Assembly: GCF_051903065.1 (NCBI RefSeq)
Contig: NZ_CP178438.1
Length of the DNA stretch: 64,000 bases
Direction: 5' to 3' (one strand)
Source of the DNA: Escherichia coli
GTDB taxonomy: Bacteria > Pseudomonadota > Gammaproteobacteria > Enterobacterales > Enterobacteriaceae
Each line of letters begins with the position of its first letter. The first letter of the stretch is position 1. The notes under the pieces are model-generated. The model saw nothing but the letters and a program-made list of their open reading frames with translations, did not search any database and was not told the origin of the DNA. Both the position numbers and the translations under genes were made by a program. Positions 14,136 to 31,334 of the stretch are shown in pieces.

Positions 14136-14918
14136 TCAGTCACCGTAGACATTAAAGTCAAAATACTTTTTCGCCATCTTGTCGTAAGTGCCGTCCTGAC
14201 GCAGCTCGCCAAGCGCCTTATTGAAGGCAGCCGTCAGTTCAGCATCATCTTTACGTAGCCCTACACCGGTGCCATCACCGAAGTATTTTTTGTCTTTTAC
14301 TGATGAGCCAGCAAAGGCGAAGTCTTTACCAGCAGGTTGCTTGAGGAATCCTTCGCTGGCAGCAACTTCATCCTGCAGTGCAGCATCCAGACGTCCTGCA
14401 GCCAGATCGGAATAGACCAAATCCTGGTTGGCATAGGCCACCACATCCACACCTTTGCTACGCCAGGTCTCGTTAGCGTAAGCTTCCTGGGTTGATCCCT
14501 GCAGCACACCAACATGTTTACCTTTCAGTGAATCCAGCGTTGGCTGAATCGGTGAACCTTTGGCGGCAATCAGACGAGAATCTGCGGCGTACAGCTTGTC
14601 GGAGAAGGCAATCTCCTGCTGACGTTTATCGGTAATGGAAAGCGACGAAATAATGGCGTCGATTTTTTTCGCTTTCAGTGAGGGGATCAGCGCGTCAAAG
14701 TCACTGGCAACCCAGGTACATTTCACCTGCATCCGTTTGCACATCTCGTTACCGAGATCGATGTCAAAGCCAACAAAATCACCTTTAGCATCTTTCGATG
14801 AGAACGGTGCGTAGGTGGTATCGGTTCCGATACGTACCGTCTCCGGTAGCGCCGCATAGCTGGAAGCCGCTGCGGAGAGACCGACTAACAAAGACAGAGC
14901 GAGAATCGACTTCTTCAT
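14136..14918 (-). CDS. argT: lysine/arginine/ornithine-binding periplasmic protein
   Basis: 260 aa; [39 protein letters not shown]. Confidence 0.95.
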   Translation of the reverse strand: MKKSILALSLLVGLSAAASSYAALPETVRIGTDTTYAPFSSKDAKGDFVGFDIDLGNEMCKRMQVKCTWVASDFDALIPSLKAKKIDAIISSLSITDKRQQEIAFSDKLYAADSRLIAAKGSPIQPTLDSLKGKHVGVLQGSTQEAYANETWRSKGVDVVAYANQDLVYSDLAAGRLDAALQDEVAASEGFLKQPAGKDFAFAGSSVKDKKYFGDGTGVGLRKDDAELTAAFNKALGELRQDGTYDKMAKKYFDFNVYGD

Positions 14919-14985
14919 ACATAACCCTCAAGTGAAAATGGCTTTTTTATGTTGTGTATTGTGTTGTGTGTTTGCAGGCTCTTTC

Positions 14986-15002
14986 ATGCAGGTCTTATGC
15001 CA
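14986..15002 (-). promoter_or_regulatory. candidate sigma-54 (-24/-12) promoter for argT
   Basis: Minus strand reads TGGCATAAGACCTGCAT (consensus TGGCAC-N5-TTGCA), about 70 bp upstream of the argT start. Confidence 0.45.
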
Positions 15003-15183
15003 TCTTGACGACAACAGTAACATTCAACGTTAAATGTGTTAATAAGACGTTGCATTATTGTCCTGAAGTTGAAGATAGCAGGTATAGCGGTTGAATCGCA
15101 GCGTTTCGATTGAATGGCAGAAACAAAATGTCGAGGATTTGATCGCGGTTGCAAAATTGCCCTGAAACAGGGCAACAGCGGAG

Positions 15184-15753
15184 TTATGCGCCCTGCCAGC
15201 GGGCAAAGAGATCTTCAGGAAGGGTTATCGCAAACTGGTCAAGAACACGATTAACCGTCTGATTTATCACATCATCAAGGGATTGCGGGCGATGATAAAA
15301 CGCCGGAACGGGAGGCATAATCACCGCACCGATTTCTGCTGCCTGAGTCATTAAACGCAGATGACCTAAGTGCAATGGTGTTTCACGCACGCAAAGCACC
15401 AACGGGCGGCGCTCTTTCAGCACCACATCTGCCGCACGGGTCAGTAAGCCATCAGTATAGCTATGGACAATGCCGGACAGAGTTTTGATTGAACAGGGTA
15501 AAATCACCATCCCCAACGTCTGGAAAGAACCGGAAGAGATGCTGGCGGCAATATCGCGCGCATCATGCGTGACATCAGCTAATGCCTGCACTTCGCGCAG
15601 GGAAAAATCCGTTTCGAGGGATAAGGTCTGGCGCGCCGCCTGGCTCATCACCAGATGCGTTTCGATATCTGTGACATCGCGCAGAACCTGTAATAAGCGC
15701 ACGCCATAAATCGCGCCGCTGGCACCGCTGATGCCCACAATAAGTCGTTTCAT
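15184..15753 (-). CDS. ubiX: flavin prenyltransferase
   Basis: 189 aa; MKRLIVGISGASGAIYGVRLLQVL. Confidence 0.9.
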   Translation of the reverse strand: MKRLIVGISGASGAIYGVRLLQVLRDVTDIETHLVMSQAARQTLSLETDFSLREVQALADVTHDARDIAASISSGSFQTLGMVILPCSIKTLSGIVHSYTDGLLTRAADVVLKERRPLVLCVRETPLHLGHLRLMTQAAEIGAVIMPPVPAFYHRPQSLDDVINQTVNRVLDQFAITLPEDLFARWQGA

Positions 15754-15847
15754 AAATAGTTGCCCTGTCAGACTTGCAGGCAGACTTTGCAGGATTTCGG
15801 CGGGAGTTGCAAGTCAGGGTGCCAGACCGGCACCCTGAGCGAAGGCA

Positions 15848-17365
15848 TCATCCTTCGTTATGCATTTCGAGATTTTCCACTTCGTTCTGACGTTGCACTG
15901 CTTTGGCGTCGTCATTACGTAAAGTATCGAGGAAATCGAGGTAGCCCTGATCAACATCTTTGGTGACGTAGACGCCGTTGAACACCGAGCATTCAAACTG
16001 CTGGATATCCGGGTTTTCAGCGCGAACGGCTTCGATCAGATCGTTCAGATCCTGGAAAATCAACCCGTCAGCACCGATGATCTGGCGAATTTCATCTACT
16101 TCGCGACCGTGAGCGATCAGTTCCGTGGCGCTCGGCATATCAATACCATAAACGTTCGGGAAGCGAATTTCCGGTGCCGCAGAAGCGAGGTACACTTTCT
16201 TCGCTCCGGCTTCGCGTGCCATCTCGATAATCTGCTCAGAAGTGGTGCCACGGACGATAGAGTCGTCGACCAGCAGGACGTTTTTATCGCGGAACTCGGC
16301 GCGGTTGGCGTTCAGTTTACGGCGCACGGACTTACGACGCAGCTGCTGGCCCGGCATGATGAAGGTGCGGCCAACATAGCGGTTTTTAACGAAGCCCTGG
16401 CGGTACGGTTTGCCCAGAATACGAGCAATTTCCAGCGCGATATCACACGAGGTTTCCGGAATAGGGATCACCACGTCGATATCCAGATCTTCCCATTCGC
16501 GGGCAATTTTCTCACCCAGTTTCGTGCCCATATTCACACGTGCGCTGTAAACGGAAATTTTGTCGATGAACGAGTCCGGGCGGGCAAAGTATACATACTC
16601 AAACAGGCACGGATTGCTGACCGGATTGTCAGCACATTGACGGGTAAACAACTGCCCTTCTTCAGTGATGTAAATCGCTTCGCCCGGCGCGACATCACGC
16701 AGGAAATCAAAGCCCAGCGTATCGAGCGCTACGCTTTCGGAAGCGACCATATATTCTGTGCGGTTCTCGTCTATATCACGTTTTCCCAGAACCAGCGGAC
16801 GAATACCGTTTGGATCGCGGAAAGCAACCATACCGTGGCCGATAATCATCGCCACACAGGCATACGCGCCGCGGATTAAGCGGTTTGTAGCAGCGATGGC
16901 GGCGAAAATGTTGTCGGCTTCCAGCGGGTAGTGGCGGAAGTTGTCCAGCTCGCTGGCGAAGATATTAAGCAGAATTTCCGAGTCGGAAGTGGTGTTGATG
17001 TGGCGGCGTTTTTCTTCAAACAGTTTTTTACGCAACTCGTGAGCGTTGGTCAGATTGCCGTTGTGGGCAAGCGTAATGCCATACGGGGAGTTAACGTAAA
17101 ACGGCTGCGCTTCAGAGGCGCTGGAGCTGCCAGCCGTGGGGTAACGCACATGACCAATGCCCATATTGCCCTGCAAACGCTGCATATGGCGAGCTTCAAA
17201 TACATCGCTCACCAGCCCGTTCGCTTTACGCAAACGGAAGCAGTTATTGGCATCTATGGTGATGATGCCGGCGGCATCCTGACCGCGATGCTGAAGCACC
17301 GTTAAGGCATCATAAATCGACTGGTTAACCGGCATAACACCGGCGATACCGACAATACCGCACAT
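15848..17365 (-). CDS. purF: amidophosphoribosyltransferase
   Basis: 505 aa; N-terminal MCGIVGI with catalytic Cys. Confidence 0.97.
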   Translation of the reverse strand: MCGIVGIAGVMPVNQSIYDALTVLQHRGQDAAGIITIDANNCFRLRKANGLVSDVFEARHMQRLQGNMGIGHVRYPTAGSSSASEAQPFYVNSPYGITLAHNGNLTNAHELRKKLFEEKRRHINTTSDSEILLNIFASELDNFRHYPLEADNIFAAIAATNRLIRGAYACVAMIIGHGMVAFRDPNGIRPLVLGKRDIDENRTEYMVASESVALDTLGFDFLRDVAPGEAIYITEEGQLFTRQCADNPVSNPCLFEYVYFARPDSFIDKISVYSARVNMGTKLGEKIAREWEDLDIDVVIPIPETSCDIALEIARILGKPYRQGFVKNRYVGRTFIMPGQQLRRKSVRRKLNANRAEFRDKNVLLVDDSIVRGTTSEQIIEMAREAGAKKVYLASAAPEIRFPNVYGIDMPSATELIAHGREVDEIRQIIGADGLIFQDLNDLIEAVRAENPDIQQFECSVFNGVYVTKDVDQGYLDFLDTLRNDDAKAVQRQNEVENLEMHNEG

Positions 17366-17401
17366 ACGTCTTTTTCCTCGTTAAGCCACATCTCAGAGCA
17401 C

Positions 17402-17890
17402 TTACGCTCTGGGCAAGAAACTTGACGAGCTTTGCAGATAATCAAAAAACCATCTGATGATAAAACTGAACTGCGGGATCAGCTGGGATTTGCTCCAGTC
17501 TTCGCTTTTCGACACCCCGGTAAAGGAGTCGAGAAAGAAGAGAATGGCAGCAACAATCAACACTCCGCGCAACGCACCGAAACAGACGCCCAGCACCCGA
17601 TCGGTGCCTGACAACCCCGTTTTCTCCACCAGCTGGCCTATCACGAAGTTCACGATAGCACCAACGATCAGGGTAGCGATAAACAGTACCGCGATGGCAA
17701 TCCCATTTCGAACCAGTTCGTCTTCAAAGCCCGTAAACCAGACTGACAGGTAAGTGTAGTAATGACTGGCAACAAAGAAAGCACAACCCCATGTCACCAG
17801 CGATAACGCTTCACGAACAAAGCCGCGGATCAGGCTAACCAGAGAGGAAAAAGCAATCACCACGATTATGGCGTAATCAATCCAGACCAT
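17402..17890 (-). CDS. cvpA: colicin V production membrane protein
   Basis: 162 aa membrane protein immediately upstream of purF. Confidence 0.9.
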   Translation of the reverse strand: MVWIDYAIIVVIAFSSLVSLIRGFVREALSLVTWGCAFFVASHYYTYLSVWFTGFEDELVRNGIAIAVLFIATLIVGAIVNFVIGQLVEKTGLSGTDRVLGVCFGALRGVLIVAAILFFLDSFTGVSKSEDWSKSQLIPQFSFIIRWFFDYLQSSSSFLPRA

Positions 17891-17947
17891 ATGTGTCCCA
17901 CGATTTTACGCCCTGTCATCCTGTTCGGGGCGCATTCTAACAGAAAA

Positions 17948-17963
17948 AGAAAACGTTTGCGTA
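17948..17963 (-). promoter_or_regulatory. PurR operator (pur box) of the cvpA-purF-ubiX operon
   Basis: Minus strand reads ACGCAAACGTTTTCT, matching the pur-box palindrome, about 60 bp upstream of cvpA. Confidence 0.65.
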
Positions 17964-18057
17964 GGGATTTCCTTCCCGCGCATCAATAAAAATGGCGCTG
18001 AAAAAATATTCAACGCCATCGACTTTTTATGCCTTTGCGGCATCGTGCAATGCGTGT

Positions 18058-18420
<363 letters not shown>

Positions 18421-18421
18421 A

Positions 18422-19084
18422 TTAATTCGGCGTGTAGCCCATTACCACGCCACTTAAGCCAGAAAGTTGCTTCAACTCACCCAGCGAACCTTTCAGCTTA
18501 TCTTTCGAGGCATCCGGCCCAACCAGAATACGGGTAATTTTACCCTGCACTGGCGTGGATGGCGACGTATAAACCCGATAACCGGCACCGCGCAGCTTAC
18601 CGACAATCTCATTCACTTTATCGGCATTTTTCAGCGCCCCCAGTTGCACAACATAGGCTTTACCCGTCGGTGCAGCTTTTTCTTCCACGACCGGCTTCGG
18701 TTCTGGCTTCGGCGCAGGTGGTGCTTCAACCTTTGGTTTAGGCGGCTCCACCGGTTTCGGCTTCGGTGGCGCGACCGGTGCAGGTTCCGGTTCAAACTCG
18801 GTGTTATTGGCTGCAATAGTGGCCGGATCGAGCGACGGTGCTGCGGCATCACCTGCCCGCACCTCTTCCGCTGCGCCTTCCGGCGGCTGCGTCGGCAACG
18901 CCTGGGTGGCGGCTGGCATCATATCAGGCTCATCACGATCGCCCGCTTTCGGCACCAGCGGGATAGCCGCGAACTCATCCTGATAATGTTTTTTCTGCCC
19001 GTCCAGCAGCCCTGGAAGTACAATCACCCCCAGCGCCACCAGCACGATCGTGCCCACTAACCGATTCTGAAACTTACTTGCCAC
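18422..19084 (-). CDS. dedD: cell division protein DedD (SPOR domain)
   Basis: GTG start giving MASKFQNRLVGTIVL...; Pro/Ala/Lys-rich linker; overlaps folC 3' end. Confidence 0.85.
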   Translation of the reverse strand: MASKFQNRLVGTIVLVALGVIVLPGLLDGQKKHYQDEFAAIPLVPKAGDRDEPDMMPAATQALPTQPPEGAAEEVRAGDAAAPSLDPATIAANNTEFEPEPAPVAPPKPKPVEPPKPKVEAPPAPKPEPKPVVEEKAAPTGKAYVVQLGALKNADKVNEIVGKLRGAGYRVYTSPSTPVQGKITRILVGPDASKDKLKGSLGELKQLSGLSGVVMGYTPN

Positions 19085-20342
19085 CGCTTCTCCTCGCGTC
19101 AATCACTTCCATGACATGTGCGACCGTGTGGAAAGAACCACACACCAGCACGGTGTCTTCCGCTTTAGCGTCCGCCATTGCGGCATCCCATGCCTGCGCA
19201 ACGCTATCAAATGATTTGCCGTTACCCAAATGCTCAAGCAGTTGTTCTGCCGTAGCACCGCGCGGCCCTTCCAGTGGCGCACAATACCAGTCATCAACCA
19301 CGCTTTTCAACCAGGCCAGAGTTCCGGCAATATCTTTATCATGTAGCATACCGATAACCGCCAGCACGCGCCCGTTTTTCGGTAGCGCTTTCATACGCCC
19401 GGTGAGATATTCCGCCGCATGTGGATTATGCGCGACATCAAAAATAACGCGTGGCGACTCGCTCACAATCTGGAAACGTCCCGGCAAAATTGCGCTTGCA
19501 ATCCCGTCGCGAATGGCATTTTCACTGACCTCCAGCCCGCTGGCACGCAGTGCCGCCAGCGCCGTTGCGGCATTCGGTTGCGGGACAAGCGGCAACGGCA
19601 GGTTTTCCAGCGTGCCGTGAGCATCGCTAAACGCCCAGTCATGATCGGTGACGGAATAGTTCCACTCAACGCCCCGACGTTGTAACAGTGCACCTTTTTC
19701 CTGCGCCACATCAGCAATGGTAGAAGGCATTTCCGGCTCACCGACAATTGCCGGTTTTTCGCTGCGGAAGATGCCTGCTTTCTCGCGACCAATACTTTCG
19801 CGATCTGGCCCCAGCCAGTCGGTATGATCCAGCGCAATACTGGTTACTACCGCGACATCGGCGTCGACAATATTGGTTGCGTCCAGACGACCGCCCAGCC
19901 CTACTTCCAGAATCACCACGTCAAGTTGTGCCTGTTTGAACAGCCACAACGCCGACAGCGTACCGTACTCGAAATAGGTCAGGGAAATATCACCGCGTGC
20001 CGATTCAATCTCCGCAAAAGAGGCGGTGTGGGCCGATTCCGGCAATTCCTGCCCCTGAACACGTACGCGCTCGGTATAACGCACCAGATGAGGCGAACTG
20101 TAGACGCCCGCTTTGTACCCTGCCGCCATCAGAATCGACTCCAGCGTACGGCAGGTGGTGCCTTTGCCATTCGTACCCGCAACGGTAAATACAAATGGCG
20201 CTGGTTTCAGAACGCCAAGACGCGCCGCGACCTGGCTCACGCGCTCAAGGCCGAGATCGATAGTTTTACTGTGCAGGTTTTCCAGATAAGAAAGCCACGA
20301 AGCCAGAGGCGACGCGGCTTGAGGAGTGCGTTTGATAATCAT
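19074..20342 (-). CDS. folC: bifunctional folylpolyglutamate synthase / dihydrofolate synthase
   Basis: 422 aa; Mur ligase family motifs. Confidence 0.95.
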   Translation of the reverse strand: MIIKRTPQAASPLASWLSYLENLHSKTIDLGLERVSQVAARLGVLKPAPFVFTVAGTNGKGTTCRTLESILMAAGYKAGVYSSPHLVRYTERVRVQGQELPESAHTASFAEIESARGDISLTYFEYGTLSALWLFKQAQLDVVILEVGLGGRLDATNIVDADVAVVTSIALDHTDWLGPDRESIGREKAGIFRSEKPAIVGEPEMPSTIADVAQEKGALLQRRGVEWNYSVTDHDWAFSDAHGTLENLPLPLVPQPNAATALAALRASGLEVSENAIRDGIASAILPGRFQIVSESPRVIFDVAHNPHAAEYLTGRMKALPKNGRVLAVIGMLHDKDIAGTLAWLKSVVDDWYCAPLEGPRGATAEQLLEHLGNGKSFDSVAQAWDAAMADAKAEDTVLVCGSFHTVAHVMEVIDARRSGGK

Positions 20343-20411
20343 GGTATCCGCTGATTCGTTACGGTGAGAATAGCAAAAGGGCAGAGCCAGTGGCCCTGCC
20401 CTTATCAGTTA

Positions 20412-21326
20412 TCAGGCCTCAGGTTCCTGATCCGGTACCGGGGGTACCACTACGCCTTCACGCGGCGCTTCAGGATTCGGCGCTGGCAGATTCATCAACT
20501 TCGCCAGAATGCTCGCCAGTTTCAGGCGCATTTCCGGACGACGGACGATCATGTCGATCGCGCCTTTCTCGATCAGGAATTCACTGCGCTGGAATCCTGG
20601 CGGCAGTTTTTCGCGAACGGTCTGTTCGATAACACGCGGACCGGCAAAGCCGATTAACGCTTTCGGTTCAGCGATGTTGAGATCGCCCAGCATGGCGAAA
20701 CTTGCAGAAACACCGCCCATCGTCGGGTCGGTCAGCACGGAGATGTACGGCAAGCCGCGCTCCTGCATTTTTGCCAGTGCCGCAGAAGTTTTCGCCATCT
20801 GCATCAGCGACATCAGTGCTTCCTGCATACGTGCGCCACCAGAGGCGGAGAAGCAGATCAGCGGGCAGTTATCTTCCAGCGCCTGCTCAACGGCACGCAC
20901 GAAACGTGCACCCACAACAGACCCCATTGAACCGCCCATAAAGGCGAACTCGAATGCCGCAGCGACAACCGGCATTCCATACAGAGTGCCTTTCATCACC
21001 ACCAGCGCATCTTTTTCGCCGGTTTCTTTCTGCGCAGATGCCAGACGGTCTTTATACTTCTTGGAGTCACGAAACTTCAGCACATCTTTCGGCTCAAGCT
21101 CGCTACCCAGCTCCACAAGGCTTCCTTCATCTAACAGGCTATGCAGGCGATTACGCGCTGTCATACGCATGTGATGGTCACACTTCGGACAGACCTCAAG
21201 ATTACGTTCCAGCTCAGCGCGGTATAAAACCTGACCGCAGCTATCACACTTAGTCCACACCCCTTCAGGAATGCTCGCCTTGCGGGTGGGAGTAATGTTG
21301 CTTTTAATTCGTTCAATCCAGCTCAT
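20412..21326 (-). CDS. accD: acetyl-CoA carboxylase carboxyltransferase beta subunit
   Basis: Start [32 protein letters not shown] with Zn-finger CxxC...CxxC; the six-frame ORF extends 28 codons further upstream. Confidence 0.95.
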
Positions 21327-21481
21327 TAGGGACCTTTCTGTCTGAACCTGGTTCGATGCCAGTTTTATCTTTGGGGACGCATAATGCCATTTTTGCCCCC
21401 AACAGACCATGAATGTTGCACATTAAAACATAACAGCCCGAAACTTTGGATAAAAAAGTGGTCGAACCGCGGAGTTACTTT

Positions 21482-22141
21482 TTATTTTGCGGCGCGTGCC
21501 GCAGCGCGTTTGTGACGGATTATTTCGATGACGCCCGGCAAAATAGAAACCACAATAATCCCGACGATCAGCAGCTTAAGGTTATCCTGAACCATCGGGA
21601 TTGTACCGAAGAAATAGCCTGCGTAGGTAAAAAGCAGTACCCACAACAGTGCGCCGATCACGTTATAAGCGGCGAAATGACGGTACGACATGTGGCCCAT
21701 TCCCGCAACAAACGGGGCGAACGTTCTGACGATCGGCACAAAACGGGCGAGAATAATCGTTTTGCCGCCATGTTTCTCATAAAACTGATGGGTTTTGTCG
21801 AGATAACTGCGACGGAAAATTTTCGAATTGGGATTACTGAATAACTTTTCACCGAACAACCGCCCGATAGTGTAATTGACCGCGTCACCCACAATCGCGG
21901 CGATCAGCATCAGCACCACCATCATATGGACGTTGAGATCGTTGGTTTCCAGTGATGCCAACGCTCCGGCAACAAACAGCAATGAATCACCCGGTAAAAA
22001 CGGCGTTACCACCAGACCGGTTTCACAGAACAAAATTAAGAACAAAATGGCATAAACCCAGACGCCGTACTCCGCGACCAGCTCTGCCAGATGCACGTCA
22101 ATGTGCAGGATAAAATCGATGAGGAAATAAATCAGGTCCAT
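21482..22141 (-). CDS. dedA: DedA family inner membrane protein
   Basis: 219 aa polytopic membrane protein. Confidence 0.9.
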   Translation of the reverse strand: MDLIYFLIDFILHIDVHLAELVAEYGVWVYAILFLILFCETGLVVTPFLPGDSLLFVAGALASLETNDLNVHMMVVLMLIAAIVGDAVNYTIGRLFGEKLFSNPNSKIFRRSYLDKTHQFYEKHGGKTIILARFVPIVRTFAPFVAGMGHMSYRHFAAYNVIGALLWVLLFTYAGYFFGTIPMVQDNLKLLIVGIIVVSILPGVIEIIRHKRAAARAAK

Positions 22142-22223
22142 ATTTGCCTATGCCTTGTACTCGTCATCTTTCAGGCTGTAACTACGTTGGCTACAGCCTG
22201 AAATGTTCCGAGCATTATTCTCG

Positions 22224-23036
22224 TTAGTCCGCCAGAAATAGCGGGCCCATTGGCGGTTTTGGAAGATCATACCGGTCAGGGTAATCCACCGCGACCAGAT
22301 ACAGCCCTTCCGCTTTTGCCGTTGCTGCCGCCAGCGTTCTGTCCTTTGCCGCCAGCAACTCTGCTATCCAGCTCTCCGGCTGGTTGTGGGCACCGACTTC
22401 CATCAGGCTGCCGACAATATTCCTGACCATATGATGTACAAAGGCATTCGCTTTGATATCTACCACCACATAAGGACCGTGACGCGTGACATTAATATGC
22501 ATAACGTTGCGCCACGGGGTTCGGGACTGGCACTGCACCGCACGGAACGAGGTGAAATCATTCTCGCCCAGCAAGCATTGCGCAGCCCGATGCATCCGTT
22601 CAGCGTCCAGCGGTTCGTAAAAATGGGTTACCCCTTTACTCAGTACCGCCGGGCGCAGCCGATGATTGTAGATGATATAGCGATAACGGCGAGCCGTGGC
22701 GCTAAATCGGGCATGAAAATCATCAGGTACAGCTTTAACCCAACGCACGGCGATGTCACCAGGTAAATTCGCATTTACGCCCAACGTCCACGCAGCGTCT
22801 TTGCGCTGCGCGGTTGTTTCGAAATGCACCACCTGCCCGGTACCGTGTACCCCTGCGTCAGTACGCCCGGCGCAGAAGACGGTGATGGGTTCGTTCGCCA
22901 CCTGGGAGAGCGCCTTTTCCAGCTTCTCCTGCACACTGCGAACTTCGTTCTGCCGTTGCCAGCCGTAATACTTACTGCCGTCGTACTCAATGCCCAGCGC
23001 AATTTTATAAACTGGCGGTTGTTGCTGGTCGGACAT
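22224..23036 (-). CDS. truA: tRNA pseudouridine(38-40) synthase
   Basis: 270 aa; [29 protein letters not shown]. Confidence 0.95.
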   Translation of the reverse strand: MSDQQQPPVYKIALGIEYDGSKYYGWQRQNEVRSVQEKLEKALSQVANEPITVFCAGRTDAGVHGTGQVVHFETTAQRKDAAWTLGVNANLPGDIAVRWVKAVPDDFHARFSATARRYRYIIYNHRLRPAVLSKGVTHFYEPLDAERMHRAAQCLLGENDFTSFRAVQCQSRTPWRNVMHINVTRHGPYVVVDIKANAFVHHMVRNIVGSLMEVGAHNQPESWIAELLAAKDRTLAAATAKAEGLYLVAVDYPDRYDLPKPPMGPLFLAD

Positions 23037-24049
23037 TAGTACAGATACTCCTGCACCAGTTTCTCGGCGATTTTTACTGCCATCAGCGCGCCGCCAAAGC
23101 GAACGTTATCGGCCACCGACCAGAACTGGACTTGCTCCGGCATACCGTAGTCATTACGCACGCAGCCAACAGAAAGATGCGGCGTACCCGAAGCATCCCC
23201 TACCTGAGTTGGGAATTCGTTCTCTTCAGAGAGCACAATATCTTCGCCTTGAACAAACGCATCACGCGCTTCTTCTGCTGCCAGTGGACGCAGAGCTTCA
23301 AAGTTGACCATCTGGGCATGACCGTAGAATACCGGTGCCTGGACGACGCTTGCCGAAATCATCAGTCCTTCGTCCTGCAGGATTTTGCGTACTTCGTCAA
23401 CGATACGACGTTCTTCACGCACGCTACCTTCGCTATCCGGCAGTAACGGCAGCATGTTGAACGCCAGCTGACGCCCGAAGAAATCTTCTTCGTCAATCGG
23501 AATGCCGTTGAGCAATTTAGCACTCTGCCCCGCTAACGCATCGACCGCTTTTTTGCCCTGGGCGGAGGCTGAAATCAGGCTGGTAACGCTGATACGTGAT
23601 AAACCGCCCTGATCGATTAACGGTTTCAGTGCCGCCAGCAGCTGGCTGGTCAGACTGTCCGGTACGGCGATGACATTCCGGTTGCGGTAATCGGTCAGTA
23701 CAAACGGGTTTACTTCCGGCACCACCAGCGGTACGTCGGGTTCGAGAGCAAACAATCCGCTGCTGTCGATCACCAGGCAACCTGAGTTGGTCGCTTCTTC
23801 AACCCAGGCTGCGGTAGCTTCTTTGCCTGCGACAAAAAATGCCAGCTGCGCCTGCGTCCAGTCGAATTCAGCAGCATCCTGCACGGTGATTGTCTTACCA
23901 CCAAAGCGCAGTTGTTCGCCTGCGCTTTCGTTACGTGCCAGTGCATAAATTTCCCCAACCGGGAACTGACGTTCAGCCAGCGTTTCAAGCAGGGCTTCGC
24001 CCACAGCGCCAGTTGCGCCCAGGACGGCAATGTTCCAGCCTTCAGACAT
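23036..24049 (-). CDS. usg: USG-1 protein (aspartate-semialdehyde dehydrogenase homologue)
   Basis: 337 aa; N-terminal GATGAVG Rossmann motif; start overlaps the truA stop. Confidence 0.9.
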
Positions 24050-24114
24050 GGTGGTTTACTCCAGAAATAGCAAAGCTCCCTGCCAATGTTACAGCAGAGA
24101 GCATGAAGAAGAGA

Positions 24115-25251
24115 TTAACGTGCCGGATGATGAACGGCGTTAAAACCCAGTTTACACAGCAATGATGCCGCACTGGCGTCATCACAAATTACATACAGAG
24201 ATGACCATTCACGGCGCTCAAGATAGTTTTTGCGCAGTTTATCGAACTCACCCGGTATCCCGGCGACTTTACGCAGCGGTGCGTCATCGCGGCGCACATC
24301 ATACACCAAATGCACCAGCCTTTTCAGCGTCGGTTGATCGAGCGGTCCATGCAGAGTAATGCGACCAAACTCAGGCGCGGGCAGTAATGTATCCAGCGCA
24401 ACGTGCTGTTCATGCCCAATAAACTTGCTATAGGCTTCAAACACTTGCGTAGTACCGCGTGCTTTACCTTCCAGGGTATAGCCTGCAATATGCGGCGTGC
24501 CGATATCCACTTTTGTCAGCAACTCCACGTTAAGTTCCGGCTCGCCTTCCCAGACATCCAGCACCACGCTTAACTTCTGGCCTTCATTCAGGCAGGTCAG
24601 CAGCGCGGTATTATCGACGACTGCGCCACGGCAGGCGTTAATCAGAATCGCTCCGGGCTTCAGGCTACGGATCAGTTTTTCATCCGCCAGATGTAGCGTT
24701 TTGTACGGACCATCTTTAAAGAGTGGCGTATGGAAAGTCAGAATATCCGCGCGCTGGACTAACTCATCCAGCGAGCGGAAATCACCCTCATCCCCACGGT
24801 CGGCGCGAGGCGGATCGCAAAGTAAGGTTTTAATCCCTAACGCTTCCAGTCGTGCCTGTAAACGCCGACCAACGTTACCAACGCCCACGATCCCCACGGT
24901 ACGCTCGTGCAGTGAAAATCCATCGCGTTCGGCAAGCATCAGCAGGGAGGAGAAAACATATTCCACCACCGCAATCGCATTACAGCCAGGTGCAGCGGAA
25001 AAACCAATTCCCGCCTGCTTCAACCATGCTTCATCGACATGGTCGGTCCCCGCAGTGGCAGTGCCAACAAATTTAATGGGTTTTCCTGCCAGCAAAGATT
25101 CATTCACTTTCGTGACCGAACGCACCATCAGCGCATCCGCGTCTGCCAGTTGAGCGACGGGGATTGGACGCCCGGGAACCGCGGTCACCTCACCCAAACG
25201 GCTAAATAAGTCGCGGGCATAAGGCATATTTTCATCAACAAGGATTTTCAC
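24115..25251 (-). CDS. pdxB: erythronate-4-phosphate dehydrogenase
   Basis: 378 aa; D-2-hydroxyacid dehydrogenase family. Confidence 0.95.
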   Translation of the reverse strand: MKILVDENMPYARDLFSRLGEVTAVPGRPIPVAQLADADALMVRSVTKVNESLLAGKPIKFVGTATAGTDHVDEAWLKQAGIGFSAAPGCNAIAVVEYVFSSLLMLAERDGFSLHERTVGIVGVGNVGRRLQARLEALGIKTLLCDPPRADRGDEGDFRSLDELVQRADILTFHTPLFKDGPYKTLHLADEKLIRSLKPGAILINACRGAVVDNTALLTCLNEGQKLSVVLDVWEGEPELNVELLTKVDIGTPHIAGYTLEGKARGTTQVFEAYSKFIGHEQHVALDTLLPAPEFGRITLHGPLDQPTLKRLVHLVYDVRRDDAPLRKVAGIPGEFDKLRKNYLERREWSSLYVICDDASAASLLCKLGFNAVHHPAR

Positions 25252-25349
25252 GTTTGTGTTACCTGTATGAGACGAGAGTTAACCGGACAAGTGTGCCATA
25301 ATCTCGCGGCCAGGCATACTTGCGAAGATTTCAGGTATAAGGATACGTA

Positions 25350-27523
<2,174 letters not shown>

Positions 27524-27679
27524 TTACTCCAGAATGCAGCGCAAGGCGAGGAGTATCCCCGTCTCATCTCTCTGGTTTCAGGGTTACGGTGCGTTGGCAG
27601 GAATTAACGCGTACGTCTTTTCAGAAGGAAATCGACAAAGCGGGAAGTTTGCCTGGAACAGGCGGCGATTGTCAATGAT

Positions 27680-27708
27680 GTGAAAAAGGGAACCATCGGG
27701 TTCCCTTT
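27680..27708 (-). terminator. terminator downstream of fabB
   Basis: aaagggaacc-atcg-ggttcccttt stem, T-run on the minus strand. Confidence 0.5.
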
Positions 27709-27709
27709 G

Positions 27710-27828
27710 GCGTTAGTGCCGGATGCCGCATTGGCGCGTAACGTCGGATGCGACGCTGACGCGTAACGTCGGATGCGACGCTGGCGCGTCTTATCCGACC
27801 TACTCCGACTACTCCGACCTACTGCGAA
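27710..27828. repeat. REP-type palindromic repeats
   Basis: Repeated cgtaacgtcggatgcgacgctg and tactccgac motifs. Confidence 0.6.
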
Positions 27829-29049
27829 TTAATCTTTCAGCTTGCGCATTACCAGCGTGGCGTTGGTGCCGCCGAAGCCGAAGCTGTTAGACATAACAGT
27901 GGTCAGTTCGCGATCGGTCGTTTCGGTCACGATGTTCAGACCCGCAGCCTGCTCGTCCAGCTCTTCAATGTTGATGCTCGGGGCGATAAAGCCGTGTTCC
28001 AGCATCAGCAGAGAGTAGATAGCTTCCTGTACGCCAGCAGCGCCCAGAGAGTGACCGGTCATGGCTTTGGTTGCAGAAATCGCCGGGCTCTTATCGCCGA
28101 ACACTTCACGGATAGCTGCCAGCTCTTTCACGTCGCCAACCGGAGTCGAAGTGCCGTGGGAGTTCAGGTAATCGATTGGGGTATCAACGCCATGCATCGC
28201 CATCTGCATACAACGTACTGCGCCTTCGCCAGACGGAGCAACCATGTCTGCGCCATCAGACGTTGCGCCGTAGCCAACGATTTCAGCATAGATGTGAGCA
28301 CCACGCGCCAGCGCGTGTTCCAGCTCTTCAACCACCACCATACCGCCGCCGCCAGCGATAACGAAACCGTCACGGTGAGCATCGTAAGTACGGGAGGCTT
28401 TTTCCGGGGTGTCGTTGTATTTAGTAGACAGCGCACCCATCGCGTCGAATTCGCAAGCCATTTCCCAGCACAGCTCTTCGCCGCCGCCAGCAAACACGAT
28501 GTCCTGTTTGCCCAGTTGGATCTGCTCTACTGCGTTACCGATACAGTGTGCGGAAGTCGCACACGCGGAGCTGATGGAGTAGTTAACGCCATGAATTTTA
28601 AACGGCGTGGCGAGACAGGCAGAAACGCCGGATGCCATCGCTTTGGTGACCACATACGGGCCAACCGCTTTCAGGCCGCGCGGGCCGCGCATTGCGTCAG
28701 CGCCGAACACCTGGAAACGCGGGGAGCCGCCGCCGGAACCTGCAATCAGGCCAACGCGCGGGTTATTCTGGTAAGCTTCCGGAGAGAGGCCCGCATCAGC
28801 GATTGCCTGCTCCATAGAAAGGAATGCATAAATGGATGCGTCGCTCATAAAGCGCACAACTTTGCGGTCAATGAGGCCAGTGGTATCCAGTTTTACGTTG
28901 CCCCAGACGTGGCTACGCATGCCGGAATCCTTCAGCTCCTGAGAGAAAGTGATCCCTGAACGTCCTTCACGCAGAGATGCCAGGACTTCCTGCTGGTTAT
29001 TACCGATGCTGGAAACAATGCCCAGGCCAGTAATCACTGCACGTTTCAT
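27829..29049 (-). CDS. fabB: 3-oxoacyl-ACP synthase I (KAS I)
   Basis: 406 aa; [22 protein letters not shown]... Confidence 0.97.
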   Translation of the reverse strand: MKRAVITGLGIVSSIGNNQQEVLASLREGRSGITFSQELKDSGMRSHVWGNVKLDTTGLIDRKVVRFMSDASIYAFLSMEQAIADAGLSPEAYQNNPRVGLIAGSGGGSPRFQVFGADAMRGPRGLKAVGPYVVTKAMASGVSACLATPFKIHGVNYSISSACATSAHCIGNAVEQIQLGKQDIVFAGGGEELCWEMACEFDAMGALSTKYNDTPEKASRTYDAHRDGFVIAGGGGMVVVEELEHALARGAHIYAEIVGYGATSDGADMVAPSGEGAVRCMQMAMHGVDTPIDYLNSHGTSTPVGDVKELAAIREVFGDKSPAISATKAMTGHSLGAAGVQEAIYSLLMLEHGFIAPSINIEELDEQAAGLNIVTETTDRELTTVMSNSFGFGGTNATLVMRKLKD

Positions 29050-29141
29050 TCAATACCTCTGTAAGTCGCACATAGAGTAAGTTTCGAATGCACAATAGCG
29101 TACACTTGTACGCCGAACAAGTCCGATCAGCCAATTAATAG

Positions 29142-31214
<2,073 letters not shown>

Positions 31215-31227
31215 TCTGCTCTCGCAG

Positions 31228-31328
<101 letters not shown>

Positions 31329-31334
31329 CGCAAC

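Noticed and set aside
16109-17305. Plus-strand ORFs (256 aa and 124 aa) inside purF
   Set aside because: Antisense to the strongly supported purF gene; no motifs; frame artefacts.
27994-28959. 321-aa plus-strand ORF inside fabB
   Set aside because: Antisense to fabB; compositional artefact.
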